34,454 bases of DNA from Octopus bimaculoides. Lineage: Eukaryota. Below, piece after piece: positions 1 to 12,372 of this stretch; position 1 is the first letter of the stretch; every line of letters begins with the position of its first letter. The stretch lies in NCBI RefSeq assembly GCF_001194135.2, contig NC_068990.1, positions 62,513,047 through 62,547,500 of the forward strand. Direction: 5' to 3'. Under the pieces are notes generated by a model that did not search any database, was not told the DNA's origin, and saw nothing but the letters and a program-made list of their open reading frames with translations. The position numbers and the translations under genes were made by a program.

Positions 1-140
1 TATATATATAAAATAAATATATATATATATATACATACATATATATATATAAATATATATAGAGTATATACATACATAAATATATATATTTATAAATGGG
101 CGTATGTGTGTATGTATGTGAATGTGTGCATGCATAATAT
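1..140. repeat. (TA)n / (TG)n / (TATG)n compound microsatellite
   Basis: Direct reading of dinucleotide and tetranucleotide runs. Confidence 0.9.
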
Positions 141-429
141 GTTGCACATCTTATTCATAGCTACCTCGTCTTTCCCTCTATTTAGTGTATATATTAGATT
201 TTATCAATGATTTATAAGTATTGCACATGTTTATATTGTCTATCCATTTCATCAGTGTACATTGATAAACTATAAGCAGTTATTTCACAGACATATTTTT
301 AGCCATATTTCTTTTCCTAAAAACACTTTTATTATTCACAGACATCCATTATTCGCATCAGTTCTGTTTTCAGCTCGATTTTTTCGAACTACATTCTATC
401 AAAATTTGCGCAATATCAATTTAGTTTAG

Positions 430-1070
430 TAGTTCTTAAAATTCCACCTGTAAGATTGTAATATTATTTTTTATATATTATCTATTTCTTTGGTAATTTT
501 TTTGTGGCTATATTTTAACTGAAATTTGCTTTTGTCTCTGGTCATACTTGTATTTTTTTTCTATAATGCAAATTCCATGTCATTTTCTTTCACTTTTTCA
601 CGTGAAGGAAGTAGATCTGTCATTCAGTAGCAGTTCTTTATACATCATTTATTTCGAAAGAAGCCAATGATCTACCGTTTTGCCAAGTTATTTCAATTAT
701 TGGAATAATGTCTGAAAATTCTCTGTGTCTATATTATATTGCCTATTATTTTCCTGAATAGTGAGAAGTTTAATTTATCATTTAAATTTGACATGGCCAT
801 CGGACTGAAGTAACTCAGTCAGGTTTACAATAAGTGATGCAAGCAATTTCTGACGTATTTTTCTTTTAGTAAGTGTTTGTCTGCAGAAGCAGTTTCTTGA
901 TAAATTCTTCATAAGTTTACTTTCAACAATTTATGCATGCATGCTCTCACCTATTGTCTTAAATGGCCAACCCGCATTCAATAACATTTTGAGAAATAGA
1001 GTACAGATATAACATATCAGATCAACTGCTGGCATAAACTCACATATCGCATCTCTAAACATATTGTTCT
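430..1070 (+). pseudogene. Toll-like receptor C-terminal remnant (TM + TIR)
   Basis: Frame +1 from 562 to 1068 reads YNANSMSFS..FFIHH..KILCVYIILPIIFLNSE..FKFDMA..TYCLKWP(949-969)..CWHKLTYRIS(1027-1056), with several in-frame stops. The order matches TIR box1 (YDAFISYS), LCIHxRDF, KIIxVxS, FEFxMA, TYLEWP and FWxKL. A hydrophobic stretch lies at about 460-560. Confidence 0.6.
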
Positions 1071-1496
1071 TTTTTTTTTTGTGCATCTGAGACAAGATAA
1101 ACTTATTCCTCTTCACATTATATTTATACTAAGTTATAAAAACTCAATAAAGCAAGCAAGCAAACCAGTTGTAATCTAAACTGTACTCTCAGAATTTACA
1201 TAATGGTGGATTTGGTCAATGAGAGTTCAGTATATAGTTCGTGCCGGTAACCCTCAATTGATTCGGTCAACTAAGGCTGTAGTATTATGTTGCTCAAACA
1301 TTTATCTTCTGCTGGTTATAAAGCATCTTTTATTCATAAGACAAACCATCCGAAAACTTCCACCTCAAGATTAAAATTTAGACAGCTGATATCTGCTGCA
1401 GGGTAATTATGAAATACAATGAATCAATCCAGGCAGCCATCGATACGTTAAATAGCTGTAAGTAGCAAAATTATTATGGTAATATCTTTCATCAGT

Positions 1497-1936
1497 TATC
1501 TTTTACTTGTTTCAGCCATTTCTTACTGTGGCCTTCCTGGGGCACCGCCTTAAAGGGTTTTAATCGAATAAATCGACCTTTGGATTTATTTTAGAAAGCC
1601 TGGTGATTTATTCTATCGGTATTTTGCCGAACCGCTATGTAATAACGTGTATGTAAGCACACCAACGCTGGTTGTGTTGGTGGGGACAAGCACAGACACA
1701 AAGACACGTACACACACACACACACACACACACAGATANNNNNNNNNNATATATATATACATATATATATATGACGGGCTTCTTTCAGTTTCCGTCTATC
1801 AAAACCGTCTATCAAAAACAAGGCTTTGGTCGGACCGACGCTATGGTAGAAGATACTTGCCCAGTGTACCCCGCAGTGGGACTGAACCAAGCATAATGTG
1901 ATTGAGAAGCAAGCTTCTTACCACGCAGCCAAGCCT
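1497..1936 (-). mobile_element. tRNA-derived SINE, family A (internal microsatellite)
   Basis: Minus strand has a tRNA-like head (AGGCTTGGCTGCGTGGTAAG...GGTTCAGTCCC), an internal (TA)/(TG) tract containing a 10-N gap, and a tail ending TGAAACAAGTAAAAGATA. Homologous to copies at 2.7, 15.5 and 19.2 kb. Confidence 0.85.
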
Positions 1937-2718
1937 AGTAAAATTAAAAATTACCTGATTAAAAAACTTGATAATCTTGTTGATTTCATATTTAAAAGTA
2001 TTTTACAAAATCAAAAATTAAAAATAAAATCCCCTTTGAAGCAGTACTACAGTTATTATAAACTAACTTAAAAGCTGCACTTCGTGTGGACTTTCAGGCT
2101 AGGTACTGCGGAGGGCTAATTGGGCCAGCGGCCCAAAAGTAGAGACAGCTAAATAACATATATATAATACATCTATAATAACAATATGTCCTAGTGAGGT
2201 TTGATCAGAGATTAAGGACGGATGAGAAGTATTGCTGTAATACAATCATTCTATTGTTCAAGTCGCAATTTGAATTCCAACCGTTGGCCAATTTGTCTCT
2301 GAGTTCTTATCTCGATGTAAAATTAACGAAGCCAATGTCTTTTATATCTCTCTTGATCTCTGGGGTCATCTAACATACGCCAAACAAGATGGCGTGAACC
2401 AGCCAAGCTAGAAATAGTAACCCAAATGTTTTAAAATAATATTCCAATACTGAAGGACAGATTTTTTATTCCAGGATCATTCTGATTCCAAAAAGTATAA
2501 TATGTCTATGTAAAGCAAATGTAGACTGAGATGCAGTGGTCCTAGACGGACAGACGGAATTTCGCTTCTATTATTATGGATGGCTAATCAGCTTGAAAAA
2601 TATTGTAATGAAAACACATTATGCTCTCGCTTGTAAATTACTCCTACTTTTGTTGCAGTAATCCGGTCTTATGAATTGAAATATATAAATTGCATTAAAA
2701 TATAGTAAAAAAAATCGT

Positions 2719-2958
2719 TATCTTTTACTTATTTCAGCCATTAGATTGCAGCAATGCTAGGGCACTACCTTCAAGAAATTTTAGTCAAATGAATTAACCC
2801 TAGTCCGTTTTTTTAAAAAGCATGGCACTTATTCTATCGGTCGCTTTTTCTCAAATGCTGAGTTACGGGGACTTAAACCAACGCTGGGCGACAAGCAGTG
2901 GTCGGGGACAAACACAGGTGCAAAGATGCGCGCGCACACACATACGCATATGTATATG

Positions 2959-3016
<58 letters not shown>

Positions 3017-3176
3017 TATGGCGGACTTGTTTCAGTTTTTGTCTACCAAATCCACTCACAAGGCTTTAGTTGACCCAGGTCTATAATAGAGGATACTTGC
3101 CCAAAGTGCAACGCAGTGGGACTGAACCCGGAACCATATGGTTAAGAAGCAAACTTCTTACCACACAGCCACGCCT
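2719..3176 (-). mobile_element. tRNA-derived SINE, family A
   Basis: Same head (AGGCGTGGCTGTGTGGTAAGAAG..GGTTCAGT) and tail as 1497-1936, with an internal (GATA)n at about 2960-3015. Confidence 0.85.
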
Positions 3177-3189
3177 GTACCTCCCTTAT

Positions 3190-5760
3190 ATCTTACATTC
3201 AGCTTCAAAGCCTCTTCAATGGAAACATTTCGTCTGGTGAAATATTTTGTAAAATATATCAACCCATGTAGGCAATAAAATTAATTACCCAAATTGGAAA
3301 TAATTTTGTTTCTTAAACTTTACTCCACGAGAAGTATTTTGTATATCCTATTTGTATGTCAAGTGTAAAGAAATGGGACTAAAACGATTCACCATTCGTC
3401 CTAATCATGTCTTTATTAATTAGTGCTTGGTTAATATTTGATTAAATTATTTACTGGTAAAGAAACCGCTGGGAAATATCCAATGAAAAATTTCCGTTAA
3501 TATTATTGATTCTCCCTCTCCCCACCCAATTTCACGTAGCCTCAAAAGATATCACTAACATATGCTCACAAATAAACATATACATCATATTTGCATCCAG
3601 TTGTATGATGAAGAAATATTTTGGTAGCTTTACATCATCGCATACTTAAAAACACAGCTTACAGTGACCAAAATATCAAGTACATCTCTTTGAGTATATT
3701 TTAATTACGATAAAGATGTCTAAAACTAGAGAGTAAATATGTAAAATATTATCTAAAGACTTGTTATTCTTATGTGATGTGTTATTTTGTATGAGGAATA
3801 GGAACATAGTGTACAAAATACGCTAAAAGGTATTATACTCACTGACGTACAAAAAAAAAGAAGAAAATCTTAATTAATTGAAATTTCTCAATTTGCTGAA
3901 GAAAGAAACAAAACTTTAGCGGCGCTTGTTAGCAATTCTCAAAGAAAAATAAGAGATAATATCAACAAATTAAAGATTAATCTCTCAAACTTAATTTCCC
4001 TGCTCTGGTAAAAATCTGGCAATGTGCAGGCAAGCGACAAATATGAACAGGTTTCGCTCTAGTAAGATCTCATCTGCATTTCTTAATTCTACTAAAGATC
4101 GTCTGCCTAGTTGACAAATGCATTTTATATGAAATATGTACATAGAGAGCTACAAATACCTTCGGCCAATATAACTTGCATAATGCGTAAATCAACCGAT
4201 ACTGTGTTGTTTGCATAACACTACATAATGTATAAATATGCATATTTTGCATCATTCCATTAACAGAAGAAGAATATTTATACATTTCTTAGCTGTTTTG
4301 ACAATGGAAGTCGTAGATTTTTTACTTCTCAGTACAACGCTGGTTGAGCGTTAACACTTTATTATTAAAAAAATAGAGGGGGTAAAGACGGCCTTCGGTC
4401 ATGAATGACCATGGCATTGCACCGAGAAAGTTACCTTCCAAGGCCCAAGTCTGAGTAAGTTTGTTTATGGAAGGCCAGCAGTCACTCATGCATACCAGCC
4501 TCCCCTCTCTAAGCCACTGATGTTATCCAAGAGAAAGGCCGATACAGCTTGGTACCAGTTCCGTCGCATCTCATTTCCGCAGCTGAGTGAAGTGAAGCAA
4601 GTTGAAATAAAGTGTTCTGCTTAAGACACTTTATTTCGAACTCACTATCTCATGATTGTGAATCTGTCGCTCTAACCACTGAGCCATGCGCTTTCACCTC
4701 CATTGTTATATTTATCTAAAATGTAACCCTCAACATTGTCCTCTGTTGGATCTGAGCAACAAAGTACAAACATGTTTGCGTTTGTTCTGATATAAGAAAA
4801 AGCTTCAGTATTGGCTAAAAATATACAGTGACATAAATACTATAATTTTCAAAGTATTAAAGCAAACGACAACACCCTCTAATAGTTAGTAAGAAAGTTG
4901 ATGGGTGATATGTCAAATGGACGTACTTACAATTATTTTGATTTTGTACTGAAGCCAAGTCTTCCATGACCGCAAGTTTTATTACCAGAAGAAAAAAAAA
5001 CCCAACTTTTTTACCTCTTCTCCGTCCACAAAAAAGAAACCAGCTTTGAATAAAGAAACCATAGAAACTGAAAATTTAATTAGAGGAAAGAATATTAAAT
5101 TATTTATTAGAATTTATCAAAATAGTTATTTCAGTATAATGTGTTGGTGTGTTTTTCGGGAGAAAAAAATTGTTGAATATAAATCATATAACAGCGAAAG
5201 AGCAACACTAACATATTTAGTAATTGATGGCAAAAGTTTTTTTTTTCCCATTAGGAAGATAATCTTCAAGAAATAACATCTGCAAAAAATGCCATCAGCA
5301 ATTCTAACATTTGTTTAATTAACATGAAGAATCTTTTTACTTTTATGAAAGCACCTGGACTCTTTTCTCTTGGAATTATTTGTAATAAATCAAACCCTAT
5401 TTTTTTAAGTCTAATATTTCATATGTTTCTAAGTAATGTGAAAGAGGATAATATAATTCTTGTATTTTTTCTCCGAACAAGCGATACGCAAATTCTAAGA
5501 CATTTTCACCTTTGTTTCTGGTGTTATTCGTCGGTATTTGCAATGGCGACATGTTCAACGCAGCTTGTTTTTATCATGAGAAATATAAGAAGTAAATTGA
5601 ACAAGAAAATATTTGAAACTGAAGAAATGAGTTCATTAACCCATTATTACATTTCATTAACCTTTCCTAATGAAATTCAATGAATAGCATGTGGTAGCTG
5701 AAGTGTTTTCAGTAATGGATGTGATGACACCAATATTTCTAGACATCAGCAAAATAGCAA
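3190..5760 (-). pseudogene. Intronless Toll-like receptor pseudogene (LRRs - cap - TM - TIR), split by a SINE
   Basis: Minus-strand motifs in receptor order across frameshifts: SITENT near 5710; KILHVN*TNVRIADGIFCRCYFLKIIFLMG (5246-5335, LRR-like); CTLPDFYQSREI (3993-4028, LRRCT-like); hydrophobic LIFNLLILSLIFL (3942-3980); CKYDVYVY (about 3572-3595, TIR box1-like); then VNNLIK..DEW and IYKILLVE. Span minus the SINE is about 2.2 kb. Confidence 0.5.
4383..4696 (-). mobile_element. tRNA-derived SINE, family C
   Basis: Reverse complement of 28708-29036 over its whole length (head GAAAGCGCATGGCTCAGTGGTTAGAGCG, B-box AGTTCGAAAT, tail CATTCATGACCGAAGG). Confidence 0.85.
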
Positions 5761-6039
5761 TTATATTTTGTTAATAAAGATTGGGGTAATGGTTCAACAA
5801 ATAAAAGAATCTATAGCAATTGTCAATAATTGAAAAATCTATATAAATAGTGATATAAGATTGCAGGCGAAGTGAGTTATGTATCGAGTAAGGTGTGTTT
5901 GGACAAATGAAATAAAAATTAGCCAAGAAGAATAACTCAGATTGGTTAGTGACGTGTATATGAGAAACAAAGATGAATAAGAGTATATTAAATACTATAC
6001 AAAATAGATGGTTGGCTTATTGAGATTATCTCAGCTTCC

Positions 6040-6412
6040 GGAACTATTTCTTGGTGGCACTTGCGCCAACCAATGCCTTCTGAGGAAATATGATAGACGG
6101 AAATTGTGTAGAAGCACTTCGTATATATGTGTGTGTGAGAGGGGCGTGTGCTTATGTGTGCATGTATGTGTGTGTGTGTATGTTTATATGCGTGTGTCTT
6201 AGTGTTTCAGTTTGTTTTCTCTCCCTATCACTTGACAGACTAGTACTTTTCTGTTTATGCTCCCGTAAGCCAGCTGTTTGAGAAATAGAAACCCATAGAA
6301 TAAGTACCAGGCTTAAAAACTACAATTGTGGGGTCGATTTGTTCGGCTACATCCTTCGAGGTAGTCTACCAGCATGGTCACAGTCCAGTGATTGAAATAA
6401 ATACAAGATAAA
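6040..6412 (+). mobile_element. Diverged SINE, family A-related
   Basis: ATAGACGGAAATTG..GAAGC, then a (TG)n tract, then ATAGAATAAGTACCAGGCTT..GGGGTCGATTTGTTCGGCT..CCAGCATGGTCACAGTC..TGAAATAAAT, matching the family A body and tail. Confidence 0.7.
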
Positions 6413-6422
6413 ATATGTTTAG

Positions 6423-6447
6423 CATCATCATCATCATCAGCAGCATT
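6423..6447 (+). repeat. (CAT)n/(CAG)n microsatellite
   Basis: catcatcatcatcatcagcagc. Confidence 0.85.
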
Positions 6448-6469
6448 ATGATTGCTGTTGAATAGTTTC

Positions 6470-7080
6470 ATATGTAGTGGATTACCTGTAGCGTTCGCGA
6501 TAGCTTTTGAAACAACTACTGTAAGTGGTCCAACGCTCTCCAGATGGTCAGGCGTCCATTTATGTGCAATTTAACTTGTTTCGTCATCAATATTTAAGGG
6601 AATTTGCTATGTTAATAATTATTAGTTTGAGTGAAACACCGCTAATCATCGTGGGTCTTAATTCATTGTATTTTATGAGAAGCAAAATGATTTCTACCAT
6701 ACAATTCTTTAAAGTTGAAATACACTTGATTTTTGTCACAACTGGAGACAATACAAGCACTGAAGTTAATTGAAATAGAATCGATTCCTTTATGCTGCCA
6801 GTTAGACGAAGAAGAAGCATGCGCATTTATGTATAAATACTGACAATTTGATAGGATCAGGCAAAGAATAATAACCTTGTTATAAAAACAAAAGTAAATT
6901 GAAATTAGAATGTTTTCAAAGTCATGCTTGACTGAATACGATGGGTTTGTGGGTCTGAATGTATTACAAAATCTAAACACGTCGTATGTCTCCTAAGTAA
7001 GTTTCGCTTGAATATATTGTTTCACTAAGTGCAGAGATCTTAGTTTTGTGGGTTTCCAATATCCGGCTAATAATAATTGT
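6470..7080 (-). pseudogene. Toll-like receptor C-terminal remnant (LRRCT/TM/TIR-like)
   Basis: ORF 6663-6980 contains a hydrophobic segment (ISIYFCFYNKVIILCLILS) followed by FSACIVSSCDKNQVY (box1-like). After frameshifts come IAHKWTPD (6547-6570) and LFQKLSRTL (6489-6515), resembling TYIxWP and LFWxKL at the TIR end. Confidence 0.4.
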
Positions 7081-7399
7081 ATTTCTGAGTCTGATATGAA
7101 GTGCAAATATCTACTTGACATGCTATTATATCAAATAGGGTCATACCACTACTAATAAACAACAGAGACACACGCCTGTAGAATATACGCATTAACACAT
7201 TTTAAAAGATATACTCACACACTTATATATAAACACACACATTTGCGATCAGATGTAAATTTTTTAAGACGTTAAACATGATGCTGCAAAACGTAACTTA
7301 CCACTATATTCATTCTAATATGGAACATAGTGAAATAAATATTTTCTCTTAACCTTGTCCCTCTCTTTTTGCTATATATAGGAGCACACACAAGCAGGC

Positions 7400-7404
7400 A
7401 TATA

Positions 7405-7463
<59 letters not shown>

Positions 7464-7592
7464 ACACACACACACACACAAACACGCATACACATACACA
7501 CACGCGCGCGCATTCTCATATATATTCATGCAAACATATGCGTATATGTGTGTATATGTATGCATGTATGTATGTATGTATATATATATATA
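7400..7592. repeat. (CA)n/(TATG)n/(TA)n compound microsatellite
   Basis: Direct reading; abuts a gap. Confidence 0.9.
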
Positions 7593-8119
7593 NNNNNNNN
7601 NNNNNNNNNNNNNNNNNNNNNNNNNNNNNNNNNNNNNNNNNNNNNNNNNNNNNNNNNNNNNNNNNNNNNNNNNNNNNNNNNNNNNNNNNNNNNNNNNNNN
7701 NNNNNNNNNNNNNNNNNNNNNNNNNNNNNNNNNNNNNNNNNNNNNNNNNNNNNNNNNNNNNNNNNNNNNNNNNNNNNNNNNNNNNNNNNNNNNNNNNNNN
7801 NNNNNNNNNNNNNNNNNNNNNNNNNNNNNNNNNNNNNNNNNNNNNNNNNNNNNNNNNNNNNNNNNNNNNNNNNNNNNNNNNNNNNNNNNNNNNNNNNNNN
7901 NNNNNNNNNNNNNNNNNNNNNNNNNNNNNNNNNNNNNNNNNNNNNNNNNNNNNNNNNNNNNNNNNNNNNNNNNNNNNNNNNNNNNNNNNNNNNNNNNNNN
8001 NNNNNNNNNNNNNNNNNNNNNNNNNNNNNNNNNNNNNNNNNNNNNNNNNNNNNNNNNNNNNNNNNNNNNNNNNNNNNNNNNNNNNNNNNNNNNNNNNNNN
8101 NNNNNNNNNNNNNNNNNNN
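7593..8119. other. Assembly gap (N-run)
   Basis: Run of N flanked by (TA)n on both sides. Confidence 0.99.
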
Positions 8120-8579
8120 ATATATATATATCCATTCAGCTTTCAAGCAAATATTGGTGAAAACGCTTGAGACATCTGGCAGAGAATAATGAAATGCACG
8201 CAGGTTATAAACTGTCTCCTAGCAGACACGCACTTTCTTAGCCTAATTTTCTCAAGCAATCTTCACAGGTCAATGGCGTACGAATCAATAACTGGGGATC
8301 AATCAAACGCAGTAACCTATTGACAATCGTTGCGGACATACGAATCAAATCAACTGGGATCCATCATAGCTTTCAAAGAGCATTCGCTTTTGATCAATGT
8401 AATTACTAAGCGGTCCTCTTTCTAAATAAGTCGGCCATGAAAGCTGGTCGATGGGAAGAGATTTCACTGAATACTAACGAAGAAGAGTTTCCGCAGGATT
8501 TAACGATCAGAATTTCCTTAGGGTGACCTACACATTATACTTATTGTAAATACATTACAGAAACATAATATAAACACAA

Positions 8580-8641
8580 CTCTTTCTCTCTCTCTCTCTC
8601 TCCCTCTCTGTCTCTCCTCATATATACACACATATATATGT

Positions 8642-8684
<43 letters not shown>

Positions 8685-8715
8685 TGTGTGTGTGATGTAT
8701 ATATGTATGTATGTC
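8580..8715. repeat. (CT)n and (TG)n microsatellites
   Basis: Direct reading. Confidence 0.9.
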
Positions 8716-9343
8716 ACTGGATTCTGTATTGTCACAATGATGCATATGAAGGACAGATAGTGTACATAAATCTAAATATATTATCTGCATATATACCAAA
8801 ACCTACAAACTAACACACACACGTAAACGTACACACGCCCACACACACTCGCACACAGGTACACACACAGAGGCACGCACAGATTACATACACTACACGC
8901 GCATACAAGAATGAAATGGCAACAGCAACAGATCGGTGGATGAAATATCCTATTTCGGTTTCTTGCTCTCCGAGTTCAAATCCCGCTGAAATTATCTTAA
9001 ACATAATTACAATTAAATATTATACCAATCAAGAGTGATAGACTGGCGGAGCTATGATTCGAGGAACTTTGTGGTACTTAATTTGGTTTTTGTTTCCTCA
9101 TTATAAATTCTACTTTGGTTTTCTTGAGTAGTATTTTTCGTCGATGTACTACTCAGTCTGGTCTTCAGTTGTTTCAGTGGTGTCCATTGCAAAGGGTCGT
9201 GGAAAACGCTTTTATCTATCAAGTGATAAGAAAGGACATATATGATTAGTATATTGAATACACTCACTAACTGTCCAGTCACGCGCGCGTACACACTCAC
9301 ACAGACACACACATACAGACACACAAATATATATATATATATA

Positions 9344-10125
9344 NNNNNNNNNNNNNNNNNNNNNNNNNNNNNNNNNNNNNNNNNNNNNNNNNNNNNNNNN
9401 NNNNNNNNNNNNNNNNNNNNNNNNNNNNNNNNNNNNNNNNNNNNNNNNNNNNNNNNNNNNNNNNNNNNNNNNNNNNNNNNNNNNNNNNNNNNNNNNNNNN
9501 NNNNNNNNNNNNNNNNNNNNNNNNNNNNNNNNNNNNNNNNNNNNNNNNNNNNNNNNNNNNNNNNNNNNNNNNNNNNNNNNNNNNNNNNNNNNNNNNNNNN
9601 NNNNNNNNNNNNNNNNNNNNNNNNNNNNNNNNNNNNNNNNNNNNNNNNNNNNNNNNNNNNNNNNNNNNNNNNNNNNNNNNNNNNNNNNNNNNNNNNNNNN
9701 NNNNNNNNNNNNNNNNNNNNNNNNNNNNNNNNNNNNNNNNNNNNNNNNNNNNNNNNNNNNNNNNNNNNNNNNNNNNNNNNNNNNNNNNNNNNNNNNNNNN
9801 NNNNNNNNNNNNNNNNNNNNNNNNNNNNNNNNNNNNNNNNNNNNNNNNNNNNNNNNNNNNNNNNNNNNNNNNNNNNNNNNNNNNNNNNNNNNNNNNNNNN
9901 NNNNNNNNNNNNNNNNNNNNNNNNNNNNNNNNNNNNNNNNNNNNNNNNNNNNNNNNNNNNNNNNNNNNNNNNNNNNNNNNNNNNNNNNNNNNNNNNNNNN
10001 NNNNNNNNNNNNNNNNNNNNNNNNNNNNNNNNNNNNNNNNNNNNNNNNNNNNNNNNNNNNNNNNNNNNNNNNNNNNNNNNNNNNNNNNNNNNNNNNNNNN
10101 NNNNNNNNNNNNNNNNNNNNNNNNN
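9344..10125. other. Assembly gap (N-run)
   Basis: Run of N between (TA)n and (GA)n. Confidence 0.99.
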
Positions 10126-10399
10126 GAGAGAGAGAGAGAGAGAGAGATAAATAGATAAACGCATATACATACATATATATATATGCGTGTGTGTGTGTGT
10201 GCGTCTGTGTGTTTACACTCTATCAAATAAACGGAAATTTTGATCAAATACAGGCGCTAGGAAAATCTTTCTTTGACCAACAAACTACAGAGATATCTGC
10301 AGATGAATTCGGCCTCAAATCATAAAAATGCACCTTAGTGAGACTCAAGAACTTATAAAAAGTGTTATGATAGCGACAAATTTCTAATGACATACTTTA

Positions 10400-11520
10400 A
10401 ACAAGCCTTTGATTTATATTCTCTCACTAACAACACAAAGGGTAATTAAGAAACCAATGCACCACCATGTCGGATGGAGTTTCTACGAACACCATTGCGC
10501 AGTCTATAAAAGGCAACTAATATTACAGTATACAAAGCCCTTGTGGCTAACAAAAGAATAAATATTACAGTATACAACCTCATAATCACTGAAACACGGC
10601 GCTTGCTACTTTCCACGAAATTGAATATCACGTTCACTTCTCGTCACGCATCAACATTACTCTTATAATCACTTCCAACTTACTCCGCTACAGTCTGTTG
10701 TTGGGACCCTTCCAGGTACACTCGGCGACACCATCAAGTGCTTAAAAAGATCTTGTGTGTAAATTATGTCGCGCGACATCACAAACATGGCATAACAGAA
10801 GCATAGAGGGAACAATTGAAACCTGGAACAGCTGTAGCAGTTGTAACATGGAAGCAGAATCGACTGGATGATAGGATATGCCCAGCAAACCTTCCAGAAT
10901 GGAAGAATCACGAAGAGATATATCAACAAGTTTTATGTCACCGGATAGTGAACTCACCTCACTTTCATCAAAATGAGAGAATTTGATTGAACTCAGTGTA
11001 CAATACAAAAGTAGAATGGAGAAAGCCCATACACACAAGAATGAATAGTATTACCTTTTTGTCATCGGGAAGAAAGAACCTGATTTCCTCGCCATACAGG
11101 TGGGTGCGAGAGGGTTTGTGGGTAAATCTGCGTAAGATTTCGTAAAGCGTCTCTCGATTTCTGGGAATAACAGAACCAGGGCTCTTAAGCAGTGATAGAA
11201 GCAGCTGAGAAGAGTCCTGTTTGGATCTGGCAAAAGTGAAATGGATGTGAATTTCAAAATACGTAATTTTCCTTCGGTCAGCTGGCGTCTTCGACTGAAT
11301 TTGCTATGGCACCCGAAGTAAATTGAATGTGAGGCACCTGTACCATGCAGTTGGGTTGTTATAGAATGTGGTAATAGAGAAATATCCAAGAGACATGACC
11401 CTCAGGTTGTACCCCCTCTCTCCAAAACGTATAAGGAGTTAAGGACCGAAACACTTGCATAAGGTAGGGGTAGGGCTTCTCAATTTGAAGACCTTCTGCT
11501 GCCCAGGTCTCCCTAAGGTT
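10400..11520 (+). mobile_element. Decayed 3' part of a HERO-like (RLE-encoding, R2-group) non-LTR retrotransposon
   Basis: RYTRRHHQVLKKI at 10714 (cf. GRYxWRHxxVL after the CCHC finger); PD at 10941 and IELSVQYKSRMEKAH at 10986 (cf. RPD..IELTVPWEERMEEAH); QVGARGFVGKS (cf. EVGCRGFAGRS); EAAEKSPVWIWQK* at 11198-11239 (cf. EAAEKAxxWLW). Several frameshifts and stops. A 3'UTR-like tract follows. Confidence 0.75.
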
Positions 11521-11859
11521 TCTTTCTTCTACATGTTATATTATTTTAGCATTTTAAAACCCCATGTAATGATTTTCGTGCAGCTTAATATCAAGTATTT
11601 TATCTGAATAAGATGTATTTCTAACCGCAAGAATGTCCCCTGGCATAGCACCTCCACCAGCAGTCTTTTGCACTCTTCAGTGTCTGCAGAGTAGTCAGGG
11701 CTGAATCGAATTCTGCTGCACCACGGTCATGTAACAACGGTCTTTCAAATATTGAGGTGTTATGTTTGTATCACTTTATTAGTATTGGATAGAAAATATT
11801 ATTCAAGCTTTTGTGCAACTTTTCATCTCTGCCAATAATCTGCTTGTGTGTACGAGATG

Positions 11860-11949
11860 TGTGCGTATGTATGTATGTATGTATGTATGTATGTATGTAT
11901 GTATGTATCTATGTATCTATGTATGTATGCATGTATATATATATATATA
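11860..11949. repeat. (TATG)n/(TA)n microsatellite
   Basis: Direct reading. Confidence 0.9.
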
Positions 11950-12096
11950 NNNNNNNNNNNNNNNNNNNNNNNNNNNNNNNNNNNNNNNNNNNNNNNNNNN
12001 NNNNNNNNNNNNNNNNNNNNNNNNNNNNNNNNNNNNNNNNNNNNNNNNNNNNNNNNNNNNNNNNNNNNNNNNNNNNNNNNNNNNNNNNNNNNNNNN
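11950..12096. other. Assembly gap (N-run)
   Basis: Run of N. Confidence 0.99.
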
Positions 12097-12372
12097 TATA
12101 TATATGTGTGTGTGTGTGTGGTGACGGTTCTCTTGCCCCGCTACAGAGAAGCAATCTGATAGCTATTGATAACGAAGGTTATCTGCTTTGAAAGAGACAA
12201 GTGATGACAATTAGTAACAAGCTCTAAATGGGAAGAGGAGACAATACCCAAAATCAAGAATTTTTCAGATGACTAGATGACATAGTTGTCTTCTTATACA
12301 TGCATGAATGTAGGACACATTTAAAGCCTAAATAATTTACAGAAATTAATGTAAACAAAAATGAGCCGAGAG

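Noticed and set aside
5324-5683. 119-aa plus-strand ORF as a real gene
   Set aside because: No recognisable domain or splice context; it lies antisense to the LRR-like frames.
10669-11389. Minus-strand ORFs of 86-112 aa
   Set aside because: Antisense shadows of the plus-strand HERO-like RLE region.
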